NCBI RefSeq assembly: GCF_009914755.1
Contig: NC_060931.1
DNA from: the human T2T-CHM13v2.0 reference genome, Homo sapiens
DNA: 64,000 nucleotides
Reading direction: 5' to 3' (one strand)
This document shows, piece after piece, positions 46,962 to 63,315 of the stretch. How positions within the stretch are numbered: position 1 is the first letter of the stretch; every line of letters starts with the position of its first letter. A program made the position numbers and the translations under genes. The notes under the pieces were generated by a model. That model saw only the letters and a program-made list of their open reading frames with translations. It ran no database searches and was not told the DNA's origin.

Positions 46962-47260
46962 GGCCGGGCATGGTGGCTCAGTCCTGTGATCCTAGCACTT
47001 TGGGAGGCCGAGGCAGGTGGATCGCTTGAGGTTAGGAGTTGGAGACCAGCCTGGCCAACATGGTGAAACCCCATCTCTACTAAAAATACAAAAATTAGCC
47101 GTGTGTCATGGCACGTGTCTGTAAACCCAGCTACCCAGGAGGCTGAGGCAGGAAAATCGCTTGAAGCTCAGAGGTGGTAGTTGCAATGAGACAAGATCGC
47201 ACCACTGCACTCCAGCCTGGATGACAGAGCAAGACTCTGTCTCAAAACAAACAAACCAAC
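46962..47260 (+). mobile_element. AluS
   Basis: Full dimer; TSD ~aggggctt. Confidence 0.92.
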
Positions 47261-47515
47261 CAACCAGGGGCTTTAAAAACCAATATACCTATATTCAAAT
47301 CTCAGCACAGCTAGCAAGTAATTTGACTTCTCCAGGTTCTAATTTCCTAATTTATATGTATCTAATTTGATATGTCAGGGGAATAATCTCCACCTTAAGA
47401 CTGGGAAGCATTCACAAAATGTGTGAGTCAAGGGCCTTACAACAGTGCTTGGCTCACCATCCACACTCAGTAAACAAGCCTGTCTTGTGAGTGATGGAAA
47501 GCTGTATTCTCCTAG

Positions 47516-47863
<348 letters not shown>

Positions 47864-48004
47864 TCTTGTGCCCTTTTCCAGTGCATTGCATGGGAAAGAC
47901 ATTTGCTACTGGAACCTGACATCCATGCCAAAAGTGATACTTTCCCCAGCCTGCCCTTTATTCTCTGACACCTACCTTCACTCACACTTCTCAGCCTCAG
48001 TTTT

Positions 48005-48463
48005 CTTTTCTTTCTTTCTTTTTTTTTCTTATTTCCATACGTTATTGGAGAACATGTGGTGTTTGGTTACATGAGTAAATTCTTTAGTGGTGATTTGTGA
48101 GATTTGGTGTACCTGTCACCCGAGGAGTATACACTACACTCAATTTGTAGTCTTTTATTCCTCATCCCTTTCCCTTCCTGTCCCCCTGAGTCCCCAAAGT
48201 CCATTGTATCATTCTTATGCCTTTGCATCCTCATAGCTTGGTTCTCACAAGTGAGAACATACGATGTTTTGTTTTCCATTCCTGAGTTACTTCACTTAGA
48301 ATAATAGTCTCCAATCTCATCCAGGTCACTGCAAATGCCATTAATTCATTCCTTTTATGGTTGAGTAATATTCCATTGTATATATACATACCACATTTCT
48401 TTATTCACTCTTTGATTGATGGGCATTTGTGTTGGTTCCACATTTTTGCAATTGCAAATTGTC
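48005..48463 (-). mobile_element. L1PB1-like 3' end, 5'-truncated
   Basis: ttggttacatgagtaaattctttagtggtgatttgtgagatttgg; perfect TSD CAGCCTCAGTTTT (47992-48004, 48464-48476). Confidence 0.92.
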
Positions 48464-48897
48464 CAGCCTCAGTTTTATGACTAGCATTGAGATCTTGCTT
48501 TTCTAGCCTCACGGGGCGACGGGTGGGGGGCGGGGGGGTGGTGAGGTGCTTCTGTCTCATGTCACCATTGTTTGGAATGATTATCTAGAATTTTGTCTTC
48601 GTGGGTTGGCCCCTGTCCCCTGTCCCTTTTTGACCTGAGTCTTCCCCATAAGTGGTTTTGGACTGTATATTCTTATGTATCCAGACTGACTTTCCTCCCT
48701 CCCAGACTCTGGCTGTTGCAACAGGTCTCAGTGCAAGCACTATCTGTGGCTCAAGCAGGGCTATGAATAAAAAAGATGTCCTCCTTCTCCTTAGGAAATA
48801 GCAGGCAGATGATGAGGTAATTGCTAAGGCCAGGAAAGGAGAGAGGAAGTCCTCTGTAGCACTGAGAACAGGAAATAACAAACTCCATGCCCTGTAA

Positions 48898-49244
<347 letters not shown>

Positions 49245-50138
49245 TAGTATAATTTGGTTTTCTTTAGATTTCTTGGCAAAATTGAATTTTAAAACTTCGA
49301 ACTTGTGTTAGTTCAACCAACAAAGAATGCATTTTAGAGACATGTAGAGTTCTAGACCCAAAGTATCAGATGGAACCTGGCTGAACATGTGTAGGGGATA
49401 TAGAAGAGGTCAACATTTGGTAGGGAGAGAAGCTAGGATGACTGGAATTACTATGATCTTTCCACTAAGAAATGTTCTCAAGAGACTGTGGTCTAACCAA
49501 TGGCACCCAAAGGGGAAGCTTGGACCTAGCCTTGCCTTTGTTTTTTCCAATGCCTTCCCACAGCCATTAAATCCTACACTTTCACATTAAATCTTAATAT
49601 ATCCCTTGATTTGCTCAGCTCCAACCTCCTCTCTTCATCTCCACTGCTATGGTCTTTTGTCAGGTCCACAGTTTCCTAACTGCTTCTGATGCCTCCAATC
49701 TAGAGAGATCCTCTCTGGTTCCAAAGTACAAAGAAACCGTATGCATGGAAGTCTCCAGGGGCTTGTTCAGAAGGATGGATCTAACGGCTGGAGAGAAGAC
49801 AGAAAGGCACAGAGAAGCCATTCCCAGAGCATAGTGGTCAGAGAATGGCCAGACATCCTAGGTGCTCTCAACACCATGGAGGAAGAGAGAGGAAGAGAGG
49901 GCTTTGAGTGTGAATTAGAAGGAATGAATTGGCTCTGAAATGGCTGGACCTTCCAGAAGTCCTAAATTTGCACTTGAGAAAGAATATCTGTTAGTTTAGG
50001 TGGTCAGGCAACGGGGAAGCAGGTATTGAGACAGAGGCTAGAGAAGTGCAGGGAGTTTATCTGCAAAATGGTGTCAGGGAACTGGAGTGAGGGACCAGAG
50101 GAGAAAGATGAAAAACCAACTCAAAGATAAGTCACAGA

Positions 50139-50495
<357 letters not shown>

Positions 50496-50789
50496 TCATC
50501 ATATGAGTAAACCTTCTATGTAATTCTCAAATAGCCCAGGTTTACTTTTTTATGTTTCCAGCCAGGATCCTGGATATGATTCAGTGGATTGGGCAAGAAA
50601 TTTAGCCTCCTAAGAGTCTGAAATCCAGAGCAGGGAGTTAAATCCAGGCCAATGAGAGAGATTCTGGAAACAATACCATCTGCTCGGGCAAAGGGGTTGC
50701 AGACACTAGGTGAAAATTAAGGAGTCCAGGTCCCAGAAGGTTAAAGTTGAGAAGCAGAATTCCGACCTTTTGGATGTAGAATGTGGAAT

Positions 50790-51292
<503 letters not shown>

Positions 51293-51301
51293 AATTCAGA
51301 C

Positions 51302-51599
51302 TTTTTTTTTTTTTTTTGAAACAGAGTTTTGCTCTTGTTGCCCAGGCTGGAGTGCAATGGCATGATCTCGGTTCACCGCAACCACTGCCTCCCAAGTTCT
51401 AGTGATTCTTCCACCTCAGACTCCTGATTAGCTGGGATTATAGGCATGCGCCACCACGCCCGGCTAATTTTGTATTTTTGGTAGAGACGGGGTTTCTCCA
51501 TGTTGGTCAGGCTGGTCTCGAACTCCCAACCTCAGGTGATCCGCCTGCCTAGGCCTCCCAAAGTGTTGGGATTACAGGCGTGAGCCACTGTGCCTGGCC
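51302..51599 (-). mobile_element. AluSp-like
   Basis: TSD gaattcagac. Confidence 0.92.
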
Positions 51600-51849
51600 G
51601 AATTCAGACCTTTTAAGGCAGCTTATGAAATATATTTCTGAACTGTTGATGGGGGTCCCTGGCTTCTGGCACCTGTGAGTCAAGTGTAGCCCCACAGTGT
51701 GAACTCTCCACACTTCAGGTTGTGTATGGATAAAAGATGAGGAGATTTCTATAGGAATCTCTGCTGTGTTCTTGGACTGGTCTAGGGCAAAGAGTTGCCA
51801 TGTCACCCACTTAAAGCTGGAGGAAGTCTGCTTAAAAGAGCTCACCAGA

Positions 51850-52154
51850 GGCTGGGCGCCATGGCTCATGCCTGTAATCCTAGCACTTCAGAAGGCTGAG
51901 GCAGGTGGATTGTGAGGTCAGGAGTTTGAGACCAGCCTGCCCAAGGTGGTGAAACCCTGTCTCTACTAAAAATACAAAAATAAGCCAGGCACAGTGGCGG
52001 GCACCTGTGATCCCAGCTACTCAGGAGGCTGAAGCAGGAGGACCGCTTGAACCCGGAAGGTGGAGGTTGCAGTGAGCCAAGATGGTACTACTGCACTCTA
52101 GCCTGGGTAACAGAACAAGACTACATCTGAAAAAAAAAAAAAAAAAAAAAAAAA
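51850..52154 (+). mobile_element. AluS
   Basis: Full dimer; TSD ~gct.accagag. Confidence 0.92.
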
Positions 52155-52890
52155 GGCTTACCAGAGTAGCCACTGGAGTCAGAGATGGAGCTGGAAAAAC
52201 TTGCACCTAGGATTTGTCCAGTGTTTTCAAGGAGTTCTGAGAGTCTCATGTTCTGTGAGGCCAGTCAGTTTCAGTTCATTGTCACCCAGTTCCAGTTCAA
52301 CGGTACCACCAGGGGTGGTGTGGGGCTGAGTATTTGTTGCTGTCTATTGACTCCTTCCCTCTTCTCTGTTCTACTCTGTCTGTGCCCCAGAAGAGTGACC
52401 TGCTTGGGCCACAGCAATGGGCTTCTTCATTCTCCAGCTTCTGATTGGACACAGGCCATGGGAGAAGGCAGAGCAGAGTCAGGGGCTTTATCCTCTGGGC
52501 TCCATTCCTGCAAGATTGCCATGGCCTGGCTGCATCCCTCCATGAAATGCTACAGCTGAGTCAGCACTTCCTCTCTGAGCTCTGCTAAGCTCTCCCTCCC
52601 TTGTGTCCCTAAAAGTCACAGTTGTGTCTATGGTTCCTCTTATTCAATTTTCCTGCAAAGACCCAGTTTGAATGTGCCATCTAGATCTAGGGCCTCTACG
52701 GGATGAACTAGGTTTCTCAATCAGGATCAATTCCAGAGAAGAGTGGAGGTGGGATCCAAGATGCAGCAGTGGACTTGGGGGAACCAGCCAGCCTGAGGGG
52801 CCGTCCTCAGCGAGGGATGGGGGGGGGTGAGGAGGTTGCAACCTGATGTCAGAGAAGCATTGGAGGCTTGGTTTCCTCCAGAAAATTATG

Positions 52891-52938
<48 letters not shown>
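52891..52938. repeat. (TATC)12 short tandem repeat at an Alu tail
   Basis: Perfect tatc run. Confidence 0.95.
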
Positions 52939-53329
<391 letters not shown>

Positions 53330-53879
53330 TGAACCCCAAGGCTCTGGACAAACTATTGGAGAGGGCTGCAGGAGCAGATACACAGCCAAGAGGTCTCATG
53401 CTTACAACTAGGTGCTCAGGATTTTGCCATAGAACACAGGAAAACCCCGAAGTGGAACACAGCCGTGTGTGCATTGAACATGCACCTATATGTGACAGGT
53501 GCTTTACCTGTATTCCCATGTATTCGTCATTACTACCCTCGAGGCGGCTTTTCAATCCTCGTTTTATGAATAAGAGTTATGAGGCTTATGACAGTTCATG
53601 AAATATCCCAAGATCACACAGACAGGAACTTGTGCCTTGTGCAGAATGGTTCTCACTCATATGCTGTTTCCACTGGACTAAGCTAGTCCTTGAATGCACA
53701 CCAGGGCATCCTTTGCTAGAATTTTAGGGTAAGGACGTCTGTTAAGTGGCTATTGGCTTGTCCTGCAGTTTGATAGCATGTTATAGGTGACATATACACC
53801 AATTCACTCCTTCCTGAGCTAGGAGGACCTCGCTCACTGCAGGCTGTGCAGATAAACCTGTTGAACATTTCTCCCCCAT

Positions 53880-54440
53880 CCGTCCTCACGCCCCCCTTCC
53901 AGCCAAGTCTCCACTAACGTTGATCTGAAGGGTAATTTTCTTGTCAACTGTATAATTAATGGGCCGCACACTACCGTGGCCCTCTGTTATTCTGCTTCTC
54001 GAAGATATATTTCAAAATGAATAGCTGTTTAACCAATCACTCGGCAGACGTCTTACCCTTAGGTGTTTCTGTCTGTCAGCATTTTCACACATTGAGACTG
54101 AAGTAGGCAGAATCAATTTGGATATCGGCTCTGGGAAAGTGAAAGCAGCCATGAATTAGAAATTCTTGGAATATCAGAACTTGTCGCCTATTAGCGCTGA
54201 ACAGTGTGTGGATTGCCCTTGCAAGCTCCTTGGCCCTGCGCTCTGGCATTCCGGCATTGCCTGCCAATTTTAATAAAACGAGAAGAGGTCTTTTGTGGTG
54301 GCTTTAAGATAATGTCTTGTACGGCATGCATGTCTGATCTTTTGCAGTAATCAGAGCATTTATTTTGCTGTTCCCTGCACAAAGGCTCAAAGCGGTAGTT
54401 TTACAAGAGAATTTCAAAACTACTGACAACCCTGGGAATG
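53880..54440. promoter_or_regulatory. Candidate conserved non-coding element / enhancer
   Basis: No recognisable repeat, ~16 CpGs, TAATTAAT homeobox motif, CCAAT box; conservation not testable here. Confidence 0.4.
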
Positions 54441-54728
54441 TGAGAATGAAAAAGGCATGCATTTATTCAGAAAGAAAATTCTGACACATCAGAGGGGTGC
54501 TTTGGAGGTGCCTTTTATGCGAAGGGAGTTTTGCCAGAAGCTTGCTAATGTAGAGGATGACAAAAAGGATTTGGGAGATATGTTCAGTTACTGGAACCAA
54601 CGTCTCCAATTGACCTCACCTGTTGCCCTGCCCAATACTGGTTAAAGAGGCAGAAGTAATTGTAGGAACCTTATTAGTGCCCAGTTCTTGTGCCCGTGCC
54701 CTACCATGGAGGTCACCTGCAGAAGTCC

Positions 54729-55075
54729 TATATTAGTCCATTTCACGCTGCTGATAAACACATACCCGAGACTGGGTAATTTATAAAGAAAAAGAGGTTT
54801 AATGGACTCACAGTTCCACGTGGCTGGGGAGGCCTCACAATCATGGCAGAAGGCGAAAGGCACAGCTTACATGGCGGCAGGCAAGAGAAAATGAGAACCA
54901 AGCGAAAGGGGTTTCACCTTATCAAACCATCAGATCTCGTGAGACTTATTCACTACCAAGAGAACAGCCCCCATGATTCAATTATCTCCCACCAGGTCCC
55001 TCCCACAACACATGGGAATTATGGGAGCTACAATTCAAGATGAGATTTGGGTGAGGACACAGCTAAACCATGTCA
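54729..55075 (-). mobile_element. THE1 solo LTR
   Basis: tatattagtcc...aaaccatgtca; near-TSD agtcc/agttc. Confidence 0.92.
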
Positions 55076-55445
55076 AGTTCCATACGTGTTGGTGGCCTCC
55101 TAAGTCTCCAATGGGGTTCTTTAGTCAAAGGACTGTGCTCACCTCTTGAGTTGGGCACAAGTTGGATGTGCCTGGATTTAACTCCACAGGAGTGACCATC
55201 CACCTATGAGTGACAGAAGCTGGTGAGTAAATACTCCAGTGTCTTCACTTCTCTGATGAGCCTTGCCTTAGTCTGCACCATGAATTGCTCTCCTTCTGTC
55301 TTAGAGTTTCTGACAGTCTATGGAGTGGAAACCCCTAGGATCTAACATGCCCAGAACCCAAAGGTGGGGAAATGATTGCCCCTTGGCCCAAGCTTTAGAG
55401 GTAAATGTTACCCTTTTCTGCACTACCATGGACATTCTACCTGCC

Positions 55446-56330
55446 TATATTAGTCAGGGTTCTCTAGAGGGACAGAACAAATAGGCCATATGTATATGTA
55501 AAAGGGAGTTTAGGCCAGGTATGGTGGCTGACGCCTGTAATTCCAGCACCTTGGGAGGCTGAGGGAGGTGGATTACCTGAGATCAGGAGTTTGAGACCAG
55601 CCTGGCCAATATGGTGAAACCCCACCTCTACCAAAAATACAAAAAAAATAGCTGGGTGTGGTGGCCCATGCCTGTAATCCCAGTCACTCGGGAGGCTGAG
55701 GCAGGAGAATCTCTTGAATCCAGGAGGCAGAGGTTGCACCGCTGCACTCCAGCCTGGGCAACAAGAGCGAAACTCCATCTAAAAAAAAAAAAAAAAAAAA
55801 AAGGGAGTTTGTTAGGGATAATTGGCTTACATAATTACAGGGCGAAGTCTCACAAGGGGTCTTCTGCAAGCTGGGGAAAGAGAGAAGCCAGTAGCGTGGC
55901 TCAGACCAAGCCTGAAATCCTCACAATCAAGAAAGCCGACAGGGCAACCCCCAGTGTGAGGCTGAAGGCCTGAGAGTCCCTGGGAGACTGCCGGTGCAAG
56001 TCCCAGAGCCCAACGGCTGAAGAACCTGGAGCCTGATGTCCAGGGGCAGGAGGAAAGGAAGCAAAGTGCCTTGCACAGGAAGAGAGAAAGAGCAAGATAC
56101 TCCCTGAGCTGCTCAGCACTCTTCTTCTGCGTACTTTGTTCTGGCCGCTCCTGCAGCCAATTGGATGGTCCCTACCCACATTAAGGATGGGTCTTCCTCT
56201 TCTAGTCCACCTACTCAAATGTCAGTCTCCACTAGAAACACTCTCACAGACACATCCAGAAACAATGCTTCACCAGCCATCTAGACATCCCTCCATCCCA
56301 TCAACTTGACACCTGTTATTGACCATCACA
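55446..56330 (-). mobile_element. MLT2B-like solo LTR interrupted by Alu (55513-55802, +)
   Basis: tatattagtcagggttctctagagggacagaac...caacttgacacctgttattgaccatcaca; near-TSD ctgcc/ctgac; Alu TSD aagggagttt. Confidence 0.88.
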
Positions 56331-56421
56331 CTGACTAAAAGGATCTCAGAGGGACCAAGACTCAGGTGCCTGCTGAAGGGAGGACCAGCCCACAGGCATA
56401 CTCCTATATCTGCCTTTGCTC

Positions 56422-56737
56422 CTTTATTTTTATTTCTTTATTTATTTTTAATCTTTTCAGACAGAGTCTTGCTCTGTTACCCAGGCTAGAATGCAGTGGT
56501 ATGATCATAGCTCACTGCAGCCTTGACTTCCTGGGCTCAAATGATCCTCCTGCCTCAGTCTCCTGAGTATCTGGTACTACAGGTGTGCACCACCAAAGCC
56601 AGCTAATTTTTAAAAAAAATGTTGAAAGAGGGTCTTACTATGTTGTCCAGGCTGGTCTCAAACTCCTGGGCTCAAGTGATTCTCCCACCTCAGCCTCCCA
56701 AGTCACTGGGCTTATAAGTGTGAGCATCACACCTGGC
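56422..56737 (-). mobile_element. AluJ
   Basis: Antisense dimer. Confidence 0.9.
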
Positions 56738-57664
56738 TTTTCCCTGCTTTCTGGATGCACTTTTCGCAGACCTCTACTCCTCACTCCCTTAAACAAAAAA
56801 CAAAACAACAATGAAAAACTACCTGGGCAAAGTCTTTCTCTTAGGTTGTTCTCTCCATAGGAATATTGGCTACAATAGAAGAGTCTCTAGAAAGCAGATC
56901 TTCGGGATGGGGTTCAGAGACCTGATCCCTCACTCCTCAGTTAGGTGCAAACTGGACCCCGTTGACTGGGAAAGTGGGGTAGTGCTAACCTCTGGCCTGC
57001 AGAAGGCTCACAGTGACTAAGCCTCTCACAGATGGTGGATCAAGCTGAGATTTGAATAGAAGGCAAAGCTTCGACTTACTTCAAGCATGCACATTTGATG
57101 AGTATGAGGTTGCTGGTCATGATAAAGCTTCTGGAGTTGGCTGGCTTCTGTCAACAGCTTTGGAAGAGTTGAAATAAAATGAGAAGACTCAGGTTAGTCA
57201 GCCGTCAACTCAGAAAGCCTTCATGGACACATTTACAGAGATTTCCGTCTCTCTTAGCTGTAGGACAAAACGTGCTGAAAATTTGGCACAGCAGTTTATG
57301 GTCAGAACAGGAAAAGAAAACGAATTGCATAGCCTTGATAGGTATCCTTTGTCAAAATGAAAACCCAAAAGACTGAGACCCTGAGACAGAGATGGGGATA
57401 TTTGTTGGATAGCCTGAGAATATTGAAACCTGGATTCTCCTGAATCTTTCAGTCCAGCAGAAGCAGTGCTCTCCCTTGATAGAGAAGAGCAGCTTCTCTT
57501 TGCCTGGAAGTCTGCAAAAAGCTCACATGAAGACACCCTGCAAGATGATATTTGCTCACCGTATCACCCATTCCTGTGTCTTCACATGGCCAGGCTATAG
57601 CCCAGCCCAGCCACTTTGGGCTTTGGAAGATAATAATGTACTCACCCAAAGAACTGCAAGACTC

Positions 57665-57975
<311 letters not shown>

Positions 57976-58222
57976 AATAGTAAGACTGAGCAAATATACA
58001 TTGAGAGGATTTATAGGAGAGAAACTTGTGGTGTTAGGCCAGGAGTGCTGCTGCTGCTAGTGGTGGGGTAGCATATACAGGTAAAAAAGGAAAATTTATT
58101 AATATGAGAACACTTTCCCATAACTTAGGGGTTAATATCTTGGTGAGGTCACATGAAACCAGTCCTCCAATCTTGCTGGGTGGGCTCCTTGAAGCTTATG
58201 CAGGATGATGGTTCTTAGTAAA

Positions 58223-58585
58223 TGGGTTAGTCTATTCTCTTGCTGCTAATAAAGACATACCCAAGACTAGGTAATTTATAAAGGAAAGAGGTTTAACCGA
58301 CTCACAGTTCCACAAGGCTAGGGAGGCCTCACAATCATGGTAGAAGAAGGAACAGCAAAGAGACATCGTACATGGCAGTAGGCAAGAAACAGCATGTTCA
58401 GGGGAACACCCATTTATAAAACTGACAGATCTCATGAGACTTACTCACTATCATGAGAGCAGCACGGGAAAGACCTAAACTCATGATTTAATTACCTCCC
58501 ACTGGGTACCTCCCATGACATGTGGGGATTATGGGAGCTACAATTCAAGATGAGATTTGGGTGGGGACACAGCCAAACCATAGAA
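58223..58585 (-). mobile_element. THE1 solo LTR inside the ERVL
   Basis: Perfect TSD GTAAA (58218-58222, 58586-58590). Confidence 0.92.
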
Positions 58586-59585
58586 GTAAATAAGGTGGCT
58601 TTGCCAACTTTGTGTTGGCAGAATATTGAGTGAGCAGTCAAAAGACTGAGAGAGGTGGGAATGTTAGAAAGATTCATTATGTGAAACCAGAAAATCCATC
58701 CTTTTACGAAAAACTCTCTCTTACCTCACTCTCTTCACCAAGACAGTAAGAAATATGATGGTAAAGGAAGCACAGACTTCTTTGAGAGGTTCAGTGGTAG
58801 CTGTTTTCTGTTGGCTGAGGTTGGTACTAGGAGATGCTGCCATGAAGCTGAGCTTCCCATTGTCAACAGGGGTAATAGAATCTCAGAACTCCAGAAGCCT
58901 GGTGGTGGCATTTAACTGACAGGGCAAGGCAGAGTTAATTAATATAGTGGGCAATAAAGTTGGCATGGCAGCCAGTGTGCCCCGACCCACAGGGATCTAT
59001 CACAATGACCATGGCATTCCTAGAGACAAGACAGAAAGTTGTCTAGGGTGTTATGTGACGTGGATAACCAGGAAAAAAAATTGAGTAAGAAGAATATTGG
59101 TAACTGGTGCACCAGGAAGCTGATGCCAGCTGCTACGATGGAAGTAATGATGATTGAGTTTTCAGAACAAAGCTAGATGCTCTATTGAAGAGGAAGACAA
59201 GAGGATTCTGCAACCCCATGATAAGCATGTAGAGTATGTGAGTTCCCAAAGGAAGCTGCAGTCAGATTAACTGTGCACTGGAAAAAGCTAGACTTTTCAA
59301 GAGCTGTGGGATGTAGTGTGAAATGACCCTGATAGCAGGGGACCTGAAACATTCACAAGGTCCCTTGTTTAGTACGGTGGCTTATGGAAACCAAGTGACA
59401 GATAGAGCTTTGACCCAAGTCTATGTCACAGAGGGCTCAAGAGATTTACAGAACTACCCTGTAAGTATCCTCCTAGCCTCCAAGTGTGTTATCTTATGGA
59501 TACATGGAATACTCACATTGGTTTTCTGCCCTGTGTGGTAAGATCCTCTATTAAAAAAACAAACAAAAAAAAACAAGTAAAAGCC

Positions 59586-60147
59586 TGTTCTATGCGGAGA
59601 TGCATAAGGGGAAAGGAAAAGTCACACACAATACTTTTAAGGGCAAACAACTTTTATCCCACGTAAATGGCAATGCAGATATAATAAGCAAATGATATAA
59701 CAAGCAAATTGTAATGGGAAAGGGAGAAGGGAAAAGATATATATATATACTCACCAGACTATGGAGGATTCATCACCAGACTGGGAAGCAACAGCCTGGG
59801 CTCCAGAGTCGGCCACCCATTCATGCACAGCTGAGGAGAGGTATCATGAAGCTCCGAAGCGGTCTGGGACCTTAGCTCTTTTTGTAACTAGTTGTGTGGC
59901 ATGAGGCCCAGTCATGAGGGCCCTTCACAACTGGGCTCAAGGAACACAAAAAGATCAACTTGTTTTTGCGACTGTCTGTTGTTTTTCAGTAACTAATGTG
60001 TAGGAATAGATTGAAATAGAGATTTCTCTGAAACAGTACTGGATGAATGCCTCAAGGGGCTCATGCCCCCTCTTTTGGGACTTGGTGACCATTGTTTGTG
60101 TCCACGTTCAATTGAGTTCAAATTTAATATTTAACTTTTCCTCCACA
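59586..60147 (-). mobile_element. ERV1 solo LTR (LTR10C-like, tentative) inside ERVL pol
   Basis: Reverse complement begins tgtggaggaaaagttaaatattaaatttgaactcaattgaacg and ends agaaca; perfect TSD AAGCC. Confidence 0.8.
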
Positions 60148-61584
60148 AAGCCCAAAGCCATAGTGTATTCCAAGAGGAAGTAAAACAATAAATGCCACTT
60201 TCAAGGAGTTAAATGATGCAAGTGCGGTGATCCCACCAAATCCCATCAGCTCATCAACAAGGATCATCTGGATTATGATGGATGACAGTGGGCTGTTTTA
60301 TCGCCTTCACCAGGTAATAGCCCCAATTGCAGCTGTGATCCCAGATGTGATATGTTTACTAGAACAGATCAACACAGCATCTGACACTTGATATATGATA
60401 CTCAATATGTCAAATACATTCTTTTCAATCCCTATCATTAAGGAAGACCAAAGGCAGTTAACTTTTACACAGCAAGGACAGTAATACACATACCACTTGC
60501 CCTATGTTAAGTTACCTACTCTTTGTGGTAACATTTTCCACAGGGACCCTGGTCCTCTTGACATTCCACAGAACATCATAGTTGTCCACTATATCAATGA
60601 CATCATGATCATTGGATTTGTTGAGCAGGAAATGTCAAGTACTCTGGGTGCACTAACATGATACTTGTTGCCAAAAGATGGAAGATAAGTTCTATGAAAT
60701 TCAGAGTTCTGCCATATGAGTAGAGTATTTATGGATCCAGTCAGTGGTCTGGAGCATAAAGGGCAAAGTTAGTGAGCCATGTGGCCCCTACCATTAAGAA
60801 AGAGGCACTGTGCTTAGTTCATCCACAGATTGTGGAGGCAGCATGTACTACATGGGAACACACTGCTGTGACCCATTTATAGGATAATTCATAAGGCTGA
60901 AAGTTTGGATGGAGCCAAGAGGAAGCAGGAGCTCTGCAGCAGACAGAAGCTACGATGAAAGACATCCTGCTGTGAAGGCCTTATGCCCCAGCAGATTCCA
61001 TAGTACTAGAGGTACCCCACAGATCCCCATAGGAAGCCACGGTGTAGACCCCTAGGATCCTGAAGCATTCTGGAGCAAGGTCATGCACTCTGTGGCAGAG
61101 AACGGCTTGCTGTTTGAAAAATCACCTCCAGCCATGTTATTGTGCCTTAGTAGAGACTGAACAACCGCAGGACCTCAGAAAAACGTTGCCCATCATTAGC
61201 TAAAAATTATGAAACACACTGGAATCATAAGCTTGGGTACATACAGCAACAATTTATTGTAGGATGGAAATGGTCCATTTAGAGTTGGATCTGAACAAGG
61301 CCAGAAAGCACACTTAGGAAGCATGAACTGATGGCCTAGACTTCCATGCCAAGTACCTCTAAAGCTTATACTTAGGGCATTGTGGATATTCCATCTGATC
61401 AGCTGTCAGAGGAGACATTCAGACACGGCTCACAGATAGGTTCATACACTGAGTATTATTTAATATTAGGCAGCATATAGGGCGTGGTAAAACACTACCC
61501 TGACCCCCATTTATAGAATAAGTCATAAGGGTGCCAGTTTGAACGGGACCAAGAGGAAGGGGGAACTGTGAAGCAGACAGAAGC

Positions 61585-62290
<706 letters not shown>

Positions 62291-62547
62291 TGTTTCCACT
62301 CATGAAAATTGACTTTTGCTGTACTACAGCTCCACAACTGACTATCCCTGAAGGACAAGGGTGAAGAGGCTACTACCAGTGGGCAAAACTGTAAACAGTG
62401 TACTTTGTAACTGTACTTGTACTCCTGGCAGAGGCTCATGGCTTATCTGGTTGGTTGGAGGCATAAAAAGGCAAGACTGAAAGATCAGAGAAAAGAAAGT
62501 GGAAGGCAGAGGTGGGAGGACACGTGTGCTAATCTTTATGCCTCATT

Positions 62548-62830
<283 letters not shown>

Positions 62831-63315
62831 GATGCCTCGTTTTAATGCTCACCAGAGAACGTCTTCCCCACGATGGTTGGTTAGTGACCAGATGGATGGG
62901 ATGACTCAGTGATGATAGGTGTTAGTCGTTGTCTCTCCTAGGCTATGTTGGTGCTTGTACAATTGGCTAAAGAGTTGGTCATGGGGAAGTTACCCATGGG
63001 TCCAAGATTGATCTAGTTGTTCCTATTGCTGAATATTTACCTTGCTAGCAGCAGAGATTGGCTCTGAGCATGTATTACAGTGCCATCCATGAGAAACCCC
63101 TCAAGGTGGTTATTAGGTGGCAAGTTGATTAAACTGATCTTCCTCCACCCTAGAGATGATAGTTTTTCACGTTTACTTGAATTATTACCTATTCCAAACG
63201 TGGTCTGTCTTCCCTGCCCTTGGTGCCTCTGCTGGCACTGCCATACAAGGGCTAGGGAATGCCTGATTTACTGATACGGAATTACCAACCACATTGCGTC
63301 AAAACAAGAGACCCA

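Noticed and set aside
60250-60700. Domesticated or active reverse transcriptase gene
   Set aside because: In-frame stops, a mutated YIDD motif and a deleted QG show it is a decayed ERVL pol.
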